Source of the DNA: Candidatus Latescibacterota bacterium
GTDB taxonomy: Bacteria; Latescibacterota; UBA2968; UBA8231
Assembly: GCA_965217585.1 (NCBI GenBank)
Contig: OZ244561.1
Coordinates: forward strand, 224,001-288,000
Length of the DNA stretch: 64,000 nt
Direction of reading: 5' to 3'
Shown here piece by piece: positions 28,227-36,010 of this stretch; the first letter of the stretch is position 1, and each line of letters begins with the position of its first letter. The notes beneath the pieces are model-generated. The model did not search any database, was not told the DNA's origin, and saw only the letters and a program-made list of their open reading frames with translations. The position numbers and the translations under genes were made by a program.

Positions 28227-29186
28227 CTACTGGACGAAGGTCTCCTTTACGCGGCCCCAAGAATCTTCCTCGACCGCGGCCGCGGTCCCTGTCGGGCCAG
28301 CCGGCGTATCCACGAAGACCCAGTTGGCGAACTCGGACTGATTGCCGCCAGCCCACCCTACGCACTGAAGCTGGCCGCCAAAACCATCTTCGCCGTCGGG
28401 ATCGGGCGGCAGCCAAGTAAAGCCCATCTCAGAGCCAACCGTGGGAGCTTCAAAGAGGTTACCGTTACGCAGGAAGGTATCCCACGGCAACTTGCCTTCA
28501 ATCACGTAGTCGGCGTCGCCCTCGTCGCCGAACTCGTCGCCAGCATCGCGAAAGGCGTACTCAAATCCCTCAAGTGCGTCGGGATCGTGGACATTTATGC
28601 GCTTCTGATCCACGGTGGTGACTAAGCAGACAGATATCTCGTTCGAGCCAAAAGGCACGGCCATGAAGTTGACTATGTTCAGGTTGACGAACTCCTGAGT
28701 CGGGTCGCCACCCGGGTGATCTTCGTTGTTCAGGTCGAGGTAGAGGGACATACTGTCGCGCTCCCACCAAGCCCAGGCCCGCTCTCCACCCTCGGTGTCG
28801 CGGACGTTATCGCTGACCTCGGTGATGTAGTACAGAGCCTCGTCGTCCCACGCCTGCCAAATCACCGAAGAGTAATCGGCGTCCGTGCGCCCCTCGCCCG
28901 CTACTTCGGTCTCGCCGTTTTCATTGAGCTGGTTAGTACTCACTTCGCTTTGCCCGTTCGCTTGGTCGCGCCAACCATACTCTTGACCGTCGAGCTGAAT
29001 CTGGCTTGGCGAGCAGGGAAATTCCAGCGCACCAGCCCACTCGTCAGCCACCGTCATGCGGTCGGCGTCAAGCGTGGGGGGTTGGGTGAACTTGGGCAAG
29101 TCGAAGTAGCGAATCGGAGGCTGGGCACTGGCCAGCGTAGTAAAGCAGAGGGCCGCGATAGCGGCCAAAAGGGTCAACTTCTTCAT
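28227..29186 (-). CDS. Secreted CBM9/DOMON-like sugar-binding protein with C-terminal SWGRVK tail
   Basis: Signal peptide (ASA-Q); AWDDEALYY..EVSD, DSMSLYLD, YVIEGKLPW; ends TAAAVEEDSWGRVKETFVQ. Confidence 0.75.
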   Translation of the reverse strand: MKKLTLLAAIAALCFTTLASAQPPIRYFDLPKFTQPPTLDADRMTVADEWAGALEFPCSPSQIQLDGQEYGWRDQANGQSEVSTNQLNENGETEVAGEGRTDADYSSVIWQAWDDEALYYITEVSDNVRDTEGGERAWAWWERDSMSLYLDLNNEDHPGGDPTQEFVNLNIVNFMAVPFGSNEISVCLVTTVDQKRINVHDPDALEGFEYAFRDAGDEFGDEGDADYVIEGKLPWDTFLRNGNLFEAPTVGSEMGFTWLPPDPDGEDGFGGQLQCVGWAGGNQSEFANWVFVDTPAGPTGTAAAVEEDSWGRVKETFVQ

Positions 29187-29241
29187 TACTGCATCTCCTT
29201 AGCTGTGAGAAGTGGACGAAAAAAGTTTGAATGAAGGATTC

Positions 29242-29270
29242 ATAATAAATCCCCTTCAAAAAGCTGTCAA
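29242..29270 (-). promoter_or_regulatory. Sigma70-type promoter for the CBM9-like gene
   Basis: Minus strand TTGACA-17 nt-TATTAT with an upstream T tract. Confidence 0.75.
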
Positions 29271-29361
29271 GAAAAAAATTGCGCTACGAGACCATCCAAA
29301 TTATATCATTAATAGATACAATACACAGATTTTCCACCGCGGTCGCGCATGATTTAATCCC

Positions 29362-30396
29362 GTGAAATGTCTCCTCCTCATTGGATTGGCCTCCCTCGTA
29401 CTCGGCGGCCAGCCGGCTAACGCCCAGCCGCACATCTACACCATCGGCTTGGTCTTTACCGATCTCGTCGATCAAGAGATCCTGCCCGTCCACCTCGCCG
29501 AGCAACATCCCCGCCTGATGCGAGAAATCGAGCGAGCGATCAGAGACATCTTTGCTGACTTGGGCCGCTTTCGCGCCGTGCGCTTGCAGAGCATCCGCGA
29601 GGGCCACGATCCCATGTATCAAGGGGAAGAATCCATCGATTACATCGCCCACTTCATTCTCAACAAAGCCTATAAAACATACCACAACCAAGTTATTCAT
29701 TACTACGAAAATTTGGGCCTATTAGACGATGGAGGACCAAGCGAAGACCGGTCTTACACGGTGATTTCACTGCCCGCCATCGTCGGTCAACTCGAAGTCA
29801 AGTTGGTGGATCTGCACCGAGACAAAATTTTCTGGTCGGACTTGCGCGACTCATCAGCCGTGATACCTTATGACAAACAGCTATTCCTTTATAATACTTG
29901 GAAGTATCCGGGCGCGTCGCATCCTGGTTTGACGCGCGCTTTCCTAGCTGATCTTCTCCGCTTACAAATGGCCGATTCCGCCACAGAACGCGCATTGAAC
30001 GTCGCTGAGCGTTGGTTCGTCTCCAAGCCCAGTAGCGACCTCGCCGTTGCCCGAGGAGTATTAAAGGGGCTGGCGGACAATCTAGCGCCCGACCTAGACG
30101 CGAATTTGCCGCTAGAGGGCCGCATCGTAGCCCTCTTGCCCGAGCAGAAAGGCAAACCCCACGTCCGGCTAAACATCGGTACTCAGCACGGGCTGGTGAA
30201 GCGAATGCGGTTCGATGTGTGGCGGCCTAGGCCATCGCAGCAGAAAGTGGGGCAAATAGAGGTGGTTGACGTGGATTCCACCACGGCCATCGCTCGGCTG
30301 CGAAAACTCGACAAGAAGCTCAAAAAACGCGGAGATGGCCTGCAAGTCCAAGACCGGATCATCTCCCCAAAACGCCCTTCGAGGAGGTCGTTATGA
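29362..30396 (+). CDS. Secreted protein, CsgG/FlgT-like architecture
   Basis: Signal peptide (ANA-Q); EVKLVDL...KIFWSD, then C-terminal PLEGRIV...LNIG...F.VWR...VGQIEVVDV resembling FlgT-C. Confidence 0.55.
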   Translation: MKCLLLIGLASLVLGGQPANAQPHIYTIGLVFTDLVDQEILPVHLAEQHPRLMREIERAIRDIFADLGRFRAVRLQSIREGHDPMYQGEESIDYIAHFILNKAYKTYHNQVIHYYENLGLLDDGGPSEDRSYTVISLPAIVGQLEVKLVDLHRDKIFWSDLRDSSAVIPYDKQLFLYNTWKYPGASHPGLTRAFLADLLRLQMADSATERALNVAERWFVSKPSSDLAVARGVLKGLADNLAPDLDANLPLEGRIVALLPEQKGKPHVRLNIGTQHGLVKRMRFDVWRPRPSQQKVGQIEVVDVDSTTAIARLRKLDKKLKKRGDGLQVQDRIISPKRPSRRSL

Positions 30397-31586
30397 GTAA
30401 GAAATGGGTCTCCACGCGCTTTGCTTCGCCCACTCAGGACTTCGATCTCGACATTCTGGCCCGCCGCCTGCGCCGGGGCTTTTTTATCGCCCTAGCCTCT
30501 GCTGCGGCCCTCCTGCTCATCGTCGTTGCAATCAATCCCTTGCAAGAGGACGAGAAGAAGGCACCCCGGCCCCTGACGACCAAGTTCATCAAGCGCGAGC
30601 CGCGCCTGACCAAGCCGCTGGAGCTGCGCAAAATTCCCCAGCCCAAGCGTCAACTCGCGCGCCGCGAAGTCCAGCTAGCGCAAGCGCGTATGGATCAAGT
30701 ACAAGCCACGGCCTCGTTCAACACCCGCAGTCTAATCGCCGGTGTCAGTGGTTCGGGGATTCGCCTGTCAGGGCAATCTACCTTCAGCACGATGAGCGGT
30801 ACGACCATAGAGCCTAAGCTGACGGCAGCGGCCGTGACCAGTACCCGCACCTCCGAGCACAAAATCGACATGGGGCTAGAGATGCTCGACGTCAACAACA
30901 TGGACACCGGTCGCTACCGCGCCATTATCGTTCAAGACGCCACGGACAAGCAGGCCATCAAGGGCTTTGTCAAGTTTGCCCAAGTCATATCCTCGCGGGC
31001 ATTGGCCGGTAACTCTGGACTCAATGTCAAAATCATTGATCGGCTGCGCGATGTGGTCAACGAATACACAGGCCTCAAGGCCGAATTCCTTGGCCGTGTC
31101 ACGTTCGACGACCCGAGCCTGATGGAAGTACCCATCATCATACCGTATGGCGGGCCCAACGAAACCGAAATGGCCAACCTAGCCCAGTACCTAATGTCGG
31201 GTGGTTTTACGTTCGGCGGGCTCCACGGCGAAGCACTGGAAAAGTACGGCGGTCTAGTCCAAGGCAAGGACTTCTGGTCCGAGCGCCTGCCAGAGGATCA
31301 CCCCGTCTATACTACCTTCTTCGACCTAGGCGGGGGCATGCCTTTCGGCTATCCTCCCTCGATGGGGCAGGGCAAGTTGGGCATCAGACCCTGGAATTAT
31401 CTGAGGGGCCATTACATCAAAGGCAGGCTGGCGAGCGTCACGCCCGGCGACGGCGGCTGGGGCTGGGAAAACGAGGTGATGGGAGGGGACTCGACGCGCC
31501 AGCTACAACTGGCGGTCAATATCATCATCTACGCCCTGACTCAGGAAGGGTCAATTACCCAACGCCTCATGCAGATGGTCAACTAG
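30393..31586 (+). CDS. DUF4159-domain protein with N-terminal TM anchor and extended linker
   Basis: Single TM, K/R/P-rich linker; NLAQYLMSGGF, LPEDHPVYTTFFD, LAVNIIIYALTQ. Confidence 0.75.
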   Translation: MSKKWVSTRFASPTQDFDLDILARRLRRGFFIALASAAALLLIVVAINPLQEDEKKAPRPLTTKFIKREPRLTKPLELRKIPQPKRQLARREVQLAQARMDQVQATASFNTRSLIAGVSGSGIRLSGQSTFSTMSGTTIEPKLTAAAVTSTRTSEHKIDMGLEMLDVNNMDTGRYRAIIVQDATDKQAIKGFVKFAQVISSRALAGNSGLNVKIIDRLRDVVNEYTGLKAEFLGRVTFDDPSLMEVPIIIPYGGPNETEMANLAQYLMSGGFTFGGLHGEALEKYGGLVQGKDFWSERLPEDHPVYTTFFDLGGGMPFGYPPSMGQGKLGIRPWNYLRGHYIKGRLASVTPGDGGWGWENEVMGGDSTRQLQLAVNIIIYALTQEGSITQRLMQMVN

Positions 31587-31608
31587 GTTTCGCTGCAAAG
31601 CTAATTTC

Positions 31609-31647
31609 AAAGCAGGTGTCAGGTTTGCAACCCCTGACACCTGCTTT
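31609..31647 (+). terminator. Strong hairpin, probable terminator or RNA-stabilising element
   Basis: Perfect 15-bp inverted repeat AAAGCAGGTGTCAGG / CCTGACACCTGCTTT. Confidence 0.65.
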
Positions 31648-31663
31648 CACTTAAGTCTCCACC

Positions 31664-32482
31664 ATGTCCAAGCTCGCCCTAGCAAGCCTTTGCGCTGGCC
31701 TATTGAGCTGCGCCGCACAGCAGGCCGAGTACTACATCGACCAACTCGCCGATCCGCGGCGTCAAGTCCGCCTCGACGCCAGCCACGCCTTGGTGCAACT
31801 AGGCAGTGCAACCGTCGAGCCTTTGATGGATCGCGCGATCGCTGGCAGCGATAGCCTGCGCTACATTGCCGCCCAGGTCCTTGGCCAAATCGGCGATCGG
31901 CGCGCCATCCCCTTCCTCAAAGCACTCCTCCGCGACGACAACCACTACGTCCGCGAACAGGCCGTCCGCGCCCTCGGCCAACTCGACGACCCCCGCCTCT
32001 ACGCGACCTTAGCCAGCGTCCTCGCCGACGACTCGGTCCCAGATGTGCGCGGCGCGGCAGCTTGGAGCTTGGGCAATCTCCGCGACACCACGGCGGTGCC
32101 CTCCTTGGTGCGTGCCTTGGCGGATACCGTTCCCTCGGTGCGCCGACAGGCCCTCGCCGCGCTTCAGTTTCTATGGACGCCGGCGGCCGAAGCGGCGACC
32201 CTCACCGCGCTCCGCGACCGCGACGACAACGTGCGCTACGTCGCCGCACAACTGTTGGGGCACCACCGGACTCACCGCGCTCTCGACGCGCTGTGCCTCG
32301 CCTTGACCGACGACAACATCTGGGTCCGTGCGGAGAGCGCTCGCACCCTCGGCCGCATCGGCGACACAACGGCCGTGGCCCCGCTAGAGCGCATGTTCGC
32401 CGAGCGCGAAGGTCCCGACCACGAGGCCGCCAAAGAGGCATTGCAACAACTCACGGGCCTGAGCTACGCGGTCGCTCCCTAA
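31664..32482 (+). CDS. HEAT-repeat lipoprotein
   Basis: Lipobox LLSC; repeated VRxxAAxALG. Confidence 0.9.
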   Translation: MSKLALASLCAGLLSCAAQQAEYYIDQLADPRRQVRLDASHALVQLGSATVEPLMDRAIAGSDSLRYIAAQVLGQIGDRRAIPFLKALLRDDNHYVREQAVRALGQLDDPRLYATLASVLADDSVPDVRGAAAWSLGNLRDTTAVPSLVRALADTVPSVRRQALAALQFLWTPAAEAATLTALRDRDDNVRYVAAQLLGHHRTHRALDALCLALTDDNIWVRAESARTLGRIGDTTAVAPLERMFAEREGPDHEAAKEALQQLTGLSYAVAP

Positions 32483-34162
32483 TTGCACGTCTTTTCGCTG
32501 CTTTTCGCCGTACTTCTATGTGCGCCCTCCCTGCGCGCCCAGCCCCAATTTAACGACCAAACCGCTGCTGCTGGAATCACTTACCGCAATGTTTTTGGCG
32601 GGGAAGAGAAGCAGTACATCCTAGAGTCCCACGGTAGCGGCGCAGCCTTCTTCGACCACGACTCCGACGGCGACCTCGACCTCTACATAGTCAATGGGGC
32701 CACCTTTGCCACGTACCGGGGCCGCTCGGGGCCGGGCAACTCGCTCTATCGCAATCACGGCGACGGCACGTTTGCGGAAATCACCGCCCCAGCCGGAGTC
32801 GGCGACGCCGGCTGGGGCGGTGGCGTGGCCGTGGGCGACATCGACAACGACGGTCGCCCAGACCTCTATGCGACCAACTACGGGGCCAACGTGCTCTACC
32901 GCAATCGCGGCGGCGACCGCTTTGCCGATGCAACCCGAGAAGCGGGCGTTGGCGGCGACCAATACAGCGCCAGCGCGGCCTTCTTCGACTACGACCGCGA
33001 CGGTGACCTCGACCTCTACGTGGCCAACTACGTCGTCTTCGACGCCGAGCGCCTGCCGGCCAAACCCAAGCTCTGCACCTTTTTCAGCGGCCTCCGCGTC
33101 TATTGTGGCCCCAAGGGATTAGTCGGCGCGCCGGATGTGCTCTACCGCAACGAGGGCGACGGCGCGTTTACCGACGTCACCCAAGCGTCCGGCGTGGCTA
33201 CCGCCAACCGCTATTACGGCTTGGGCGTGGTCCCGACCGATTACGATTCCGATGGCGATAGCGACCTCTTTGTCGCCAACGACGAGACTCCCAACGTACT
33301 CTTCCAAAACCAAGGCGACGGCACCTTCCAAGACGTCGCCCTCATCGCGGGTGTGGCGTACAACGGCGACGGCGACGTCGAAGCCGGCATGGGCGCGGAT
33401 TTTGGCGACTACGATCAAGACGGCGATCCAGACCTGTACGTGACCCACTTTTTTACCGAGACGAACACGCTCTACCGCAACGAGGATGGCGTGCGTTTCT
33501 CCGACGTCACGACCACGGCTGGCCTCGCCGCGCCCACAGTAGAGCTGTTAGGTTGGGGAACGCGCTTTTTCGACTACGACAACGACGGTCGCCTCGACCT
33601 CTTCGTCGCCAACGGCCACGTATATCCGCAGGTTGACCAAGCCACAACCGGCACCAGCTACCGCCAGCTCAACCAGCTCTTCCGCAACGAGGGCGACGGC
33701 CGCTTTGCCCCGGTGTCAGCCGGTCCTGGGCTGGCGCAGGCCAAAGTCAGTCGCGGCACCAGCTTTGGCGACTACGACGACGACGGCGATATAGATCTCT
33801 TTGTAGTAGAGCTCAACGACGCGCCAACTCTGTTGCGCAACGATGGGGGGAATGCGGGAAACTATCTCGTGGTGCAGGTCTTTGGCCGCGAGGACAACCG
33901 CGATGGGGTCGGCGCTCGCATCGGCCTGCAAGCAGCCGGCAAACGCCAGTGGCGCACGATCAACGGCGCGGCCAGCTACCTCTCGCACAGCGACTTGCGC
34001 GTCCACTTCGGCTTGGGTGCAGCGCAAGCCATCGACCGCGTCGAAATCACCTATCCCAACGGCAGCACTTACGCAGTAGAGAACGTGCCCGCCAACAAGC
34101 TCTTAGTCGTCCGCCAAGGACAGGGACACGCCCTCCTCAAACTAGGCGCGAATCCCTTTTAA
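32483..34162 (+). CDS. CRTAC1 family protein (FG-GAP repeats plus ASPIC/UnbV)
   Basis: Repeated DYDxDGDxDL; C-terminal SYLSHSDLRVHFGLG. Confidence 0.92.
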   Translation: MHVFSLLFAVLLCAPSLRAQPQFNDQTAAAGITYRNVFGGEEKQYILESHGSGAAFFDHDSDGDLDLYIVNGATFATYRGRSGPGNSLYRNHGDGTFAEITAPAGVGDAGWGGGVAVGDIDNDGRPDLYATNYGANVLYRNRGGDRFADATREAGVGGDQYSASAAFFDYDRDGDLDLYVANYVVFDAERLPAKPKLCTFFSGLRVYCGPKGLVGAPDVLYRNEGDGAFTDVTQASGVATANRYYGLGVVPTDYDSDGDSDLFVANDETPNVLFQNQGDGTFQDVALIAGVAYNGDGDVEAGMGADFGDYDQDGDPDLYVTHFFTETNTLYRNEDGVRFSDVTTTAGLAAPTVELLGWGTRFFDYDNDGRLDLFVANGHVYPQVDQATTGTSYRQLNQLFRNEGDGRFAPVSAGPGLAQAKVSRGTSFGDYDDDGDIDLFVVELNDAPTLLRNDGGNAGNYLVVQVFGREDNRDGVGARIGLQAAGKRQWRTINGAASYLSHSDLRVHFGLGAAQAIDRVEITYPNGSTYAVENVPANKLLVVRQGQGHALLKLGANPF

Positions 34163-34165
34163 TTA

Positions 34166-35392
34166 TCAACCCGCGCTGCGCGCGGCCCGCACCCGCTCAA
34201 TTTCGGCGAGCCGCTCTTGCGCGGCGGAAAATTCGGGATGGAGTTTGAGGAGTTGCTCAAAGACCGCAGCGGCCTTGTTGACATATCCGAACTCTAGATG
34301 GAGCATCCCCAAGTTGTAGGCAGCCTCCGGGGCACGCGGCGACCGGCTCGCGGCCCGTTTGAGGCTGGCAAGCCGTCCTTCGTATTCCTTGAGCTTGGCA
34401 AAGACCTGCATTAGCTCGCGACCCTCGTCGCTGCGACCCTGCTTGAGGTAGAGCTGGGCCAAGCTGTAGTGGGCACCCGCATGGCCGGGATCGCGCTTTA
34501 TGGCCTCCAGGTAGTAAGTAGCCGCCTGTTCCTCGTGCCCCAGTTTGGCCGTCACCGCGCCCAAGCGGTGATAGGAGTCAGCGTGGGCCGCATTTTTGAG
34601 CAAGGCTTGGTGAAAGTAACTCCGTGCCGCTTCGAGCTTGCCTTCCTGCTCGCTGATAACGCCGAGGTCGTAAAACGCGCTCGCCGTCTCGATGCCGAGT
34701 TCCACGGCTCGCCGATAGGCCGCCCTAGCTTCTGCGTATTGGCTCAAGGCCATGTTGCTCTCGCCCAAGAGCGCGTACACCCCCCCTTCGTCCGGGTGGT
34801 CTGCGAGGGTGCGCTGGTATTCGGCAATGGCTTCGCCCGGGCGGTGCTGCAAATGATAGACCCTCCCCAAATTGGCCCGGGCTTGCAGGAAGGTCGGCAC
34901 CAAGCGCACGGCTTCCTCGTACTGAGCAGCGGCCTCGGCGTAGAGGCCCTGTTGCTGATATAGATAGCCGAGGTTGTAGTACACGGCCCCGAAATCGGGT
35001 CGAAGCGCGAGTGCCTTCTTATAGCTGTCCTCTGCTGCTAAAAAACGGCCCAATCCGTCGAGCGAAACGGCGAGGCCAATCCGCGCCTCAAAGTGCTCGG
35101 GGGCCAGCGCCAGCGCCTGTTCAAAGTGGGGGATCGCCGCGTCAAAGCGCTCTAGCGCCGCATGCGTCACGCCTAGATTGCTATGGGCTTGGGCGAGATC
35201 TGGATCCAGCTCGACGGCCTGCTGATAGTAGCGGGCCGCTTCGTCCATTTGGCCTTGAGCGCGCAAGCGGTCACCTTGCTCGACGGCTTTTTGCGCGGCG
35301 TTTGCCTGGTACTGCGAGTACCAGTATGAGCCGCCCAAGCCGAGGGCAATCGCCAGCGCGGCTCCTACGATATAAAAGAGACGACGCGGCAC
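34166..35392 (-). CDS. TPR-repeat protein with N-terminal TM
   Basis: Canonical AHSNLG/YYNLG TPRs. Confidence 0.9.
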   Translation of the reverse strand: MPRRLFYIVGAALAIALGLGGSYWYSQYQANAAQKAVEQGDRLRAQGQMDEAARYYQQAVELDPDLAQAHSNLGVTHAALERFDAAIPHFEQALALAPEHFEARIGLAVSLDGLGRFLAAEDSYKKALALRPDFGAVYYNLGYLYQQQGLYAEAAAQYEEAVRLVPTFLQARANLGRVYHLQHRPGEAIAEYQRTLADHPDEGGVYALLGESNMALSQYAEARAAYRRAVELGIETASAFYDLGVISEQEGKLEAARSYFHQALLKNAAHADSYHRLGAVTAKLGHEEQAATYYLEAIKRDPGHAGAHYSLAQLYLKQGRSDEGRELMQVFAKLKEYEGRLASLKRAASRSPRAPEAAYNLGMLHLEFGYVNKAAAVFEQLLKLHPEFSAAQERLAEIERVRAARSAG

Positions 35393-35444
35393 TTGCTCAG
35401 GGTGGGGATTTTCGCTGCCCTGTCAGATATGGGACTCGTGTACA

Positions 35445-35897
35445 CTACTGCCGGACAACTTCTAGCGCGGTCATGATCTGATCTTGGCCCCAAGTTCCTC
35501 CGAGCCGGAGCGAACTCGTCGCTATCGAGCCGGTGATGGTGTCTTCTTCTTTGGTGAAGGCATAGACCGTCTTGGCATTGAGGTAGCGCAACTCTAAGGT
35601 AATCTGGTCGGGATCGTCGGGCTGGATAATGTCGATTTCCTGGATAAAATCATTGCGGCCCTCGCCATAGATCAACGTGGCAGACAGGGTAACTTTTTTA
35701 GGGGTGACCCGTACAATGCTTATTGAAACGGGGCGATCTTGCCCACTGACTCCATTGGATAGGGCGAAATTCCCGGTGCCTTCGTATTCGCCGACCCAGG
35801 CATCGGCGTAATCAGACGTCGGTTGAACGGCTTCATCCGAACCGCAGCTCAGGGTCGTCAAGAGGCCCACTAGGGCCAACCATGTCCATTGTTTCAT
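35445..35897 (-). CDS. Hypothetical lipoprotein
   Basis: Lipobox TLSC; GGAGG RBS. Confidence 0.75.
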   Translation of the reverse strand: MKQWTWLALVGLLTTLSCGSDEAVQPTSDYADAWVGEYEGTGNFALSNGVSGQDRPVSISIVRVTPKKVTLSATLIYGEGRNDFIQEIDIIQPDDPDQITLELRYLNAKTVYAFTKEEDTITGSIATSSLRLGGTWGQDQIMTALEVVRQ

Positions 35898-36010
35898 CGT
35901 GCGTACCTCCGCAGAGATTTTTGTTCGGCAAAAGTATAGCGCACAACGCGACGCGAATCAACCGCTTTGTCCCGCCGCCACTCGCCAATTCTCCCCTCAG
36001 TTCGTACACT

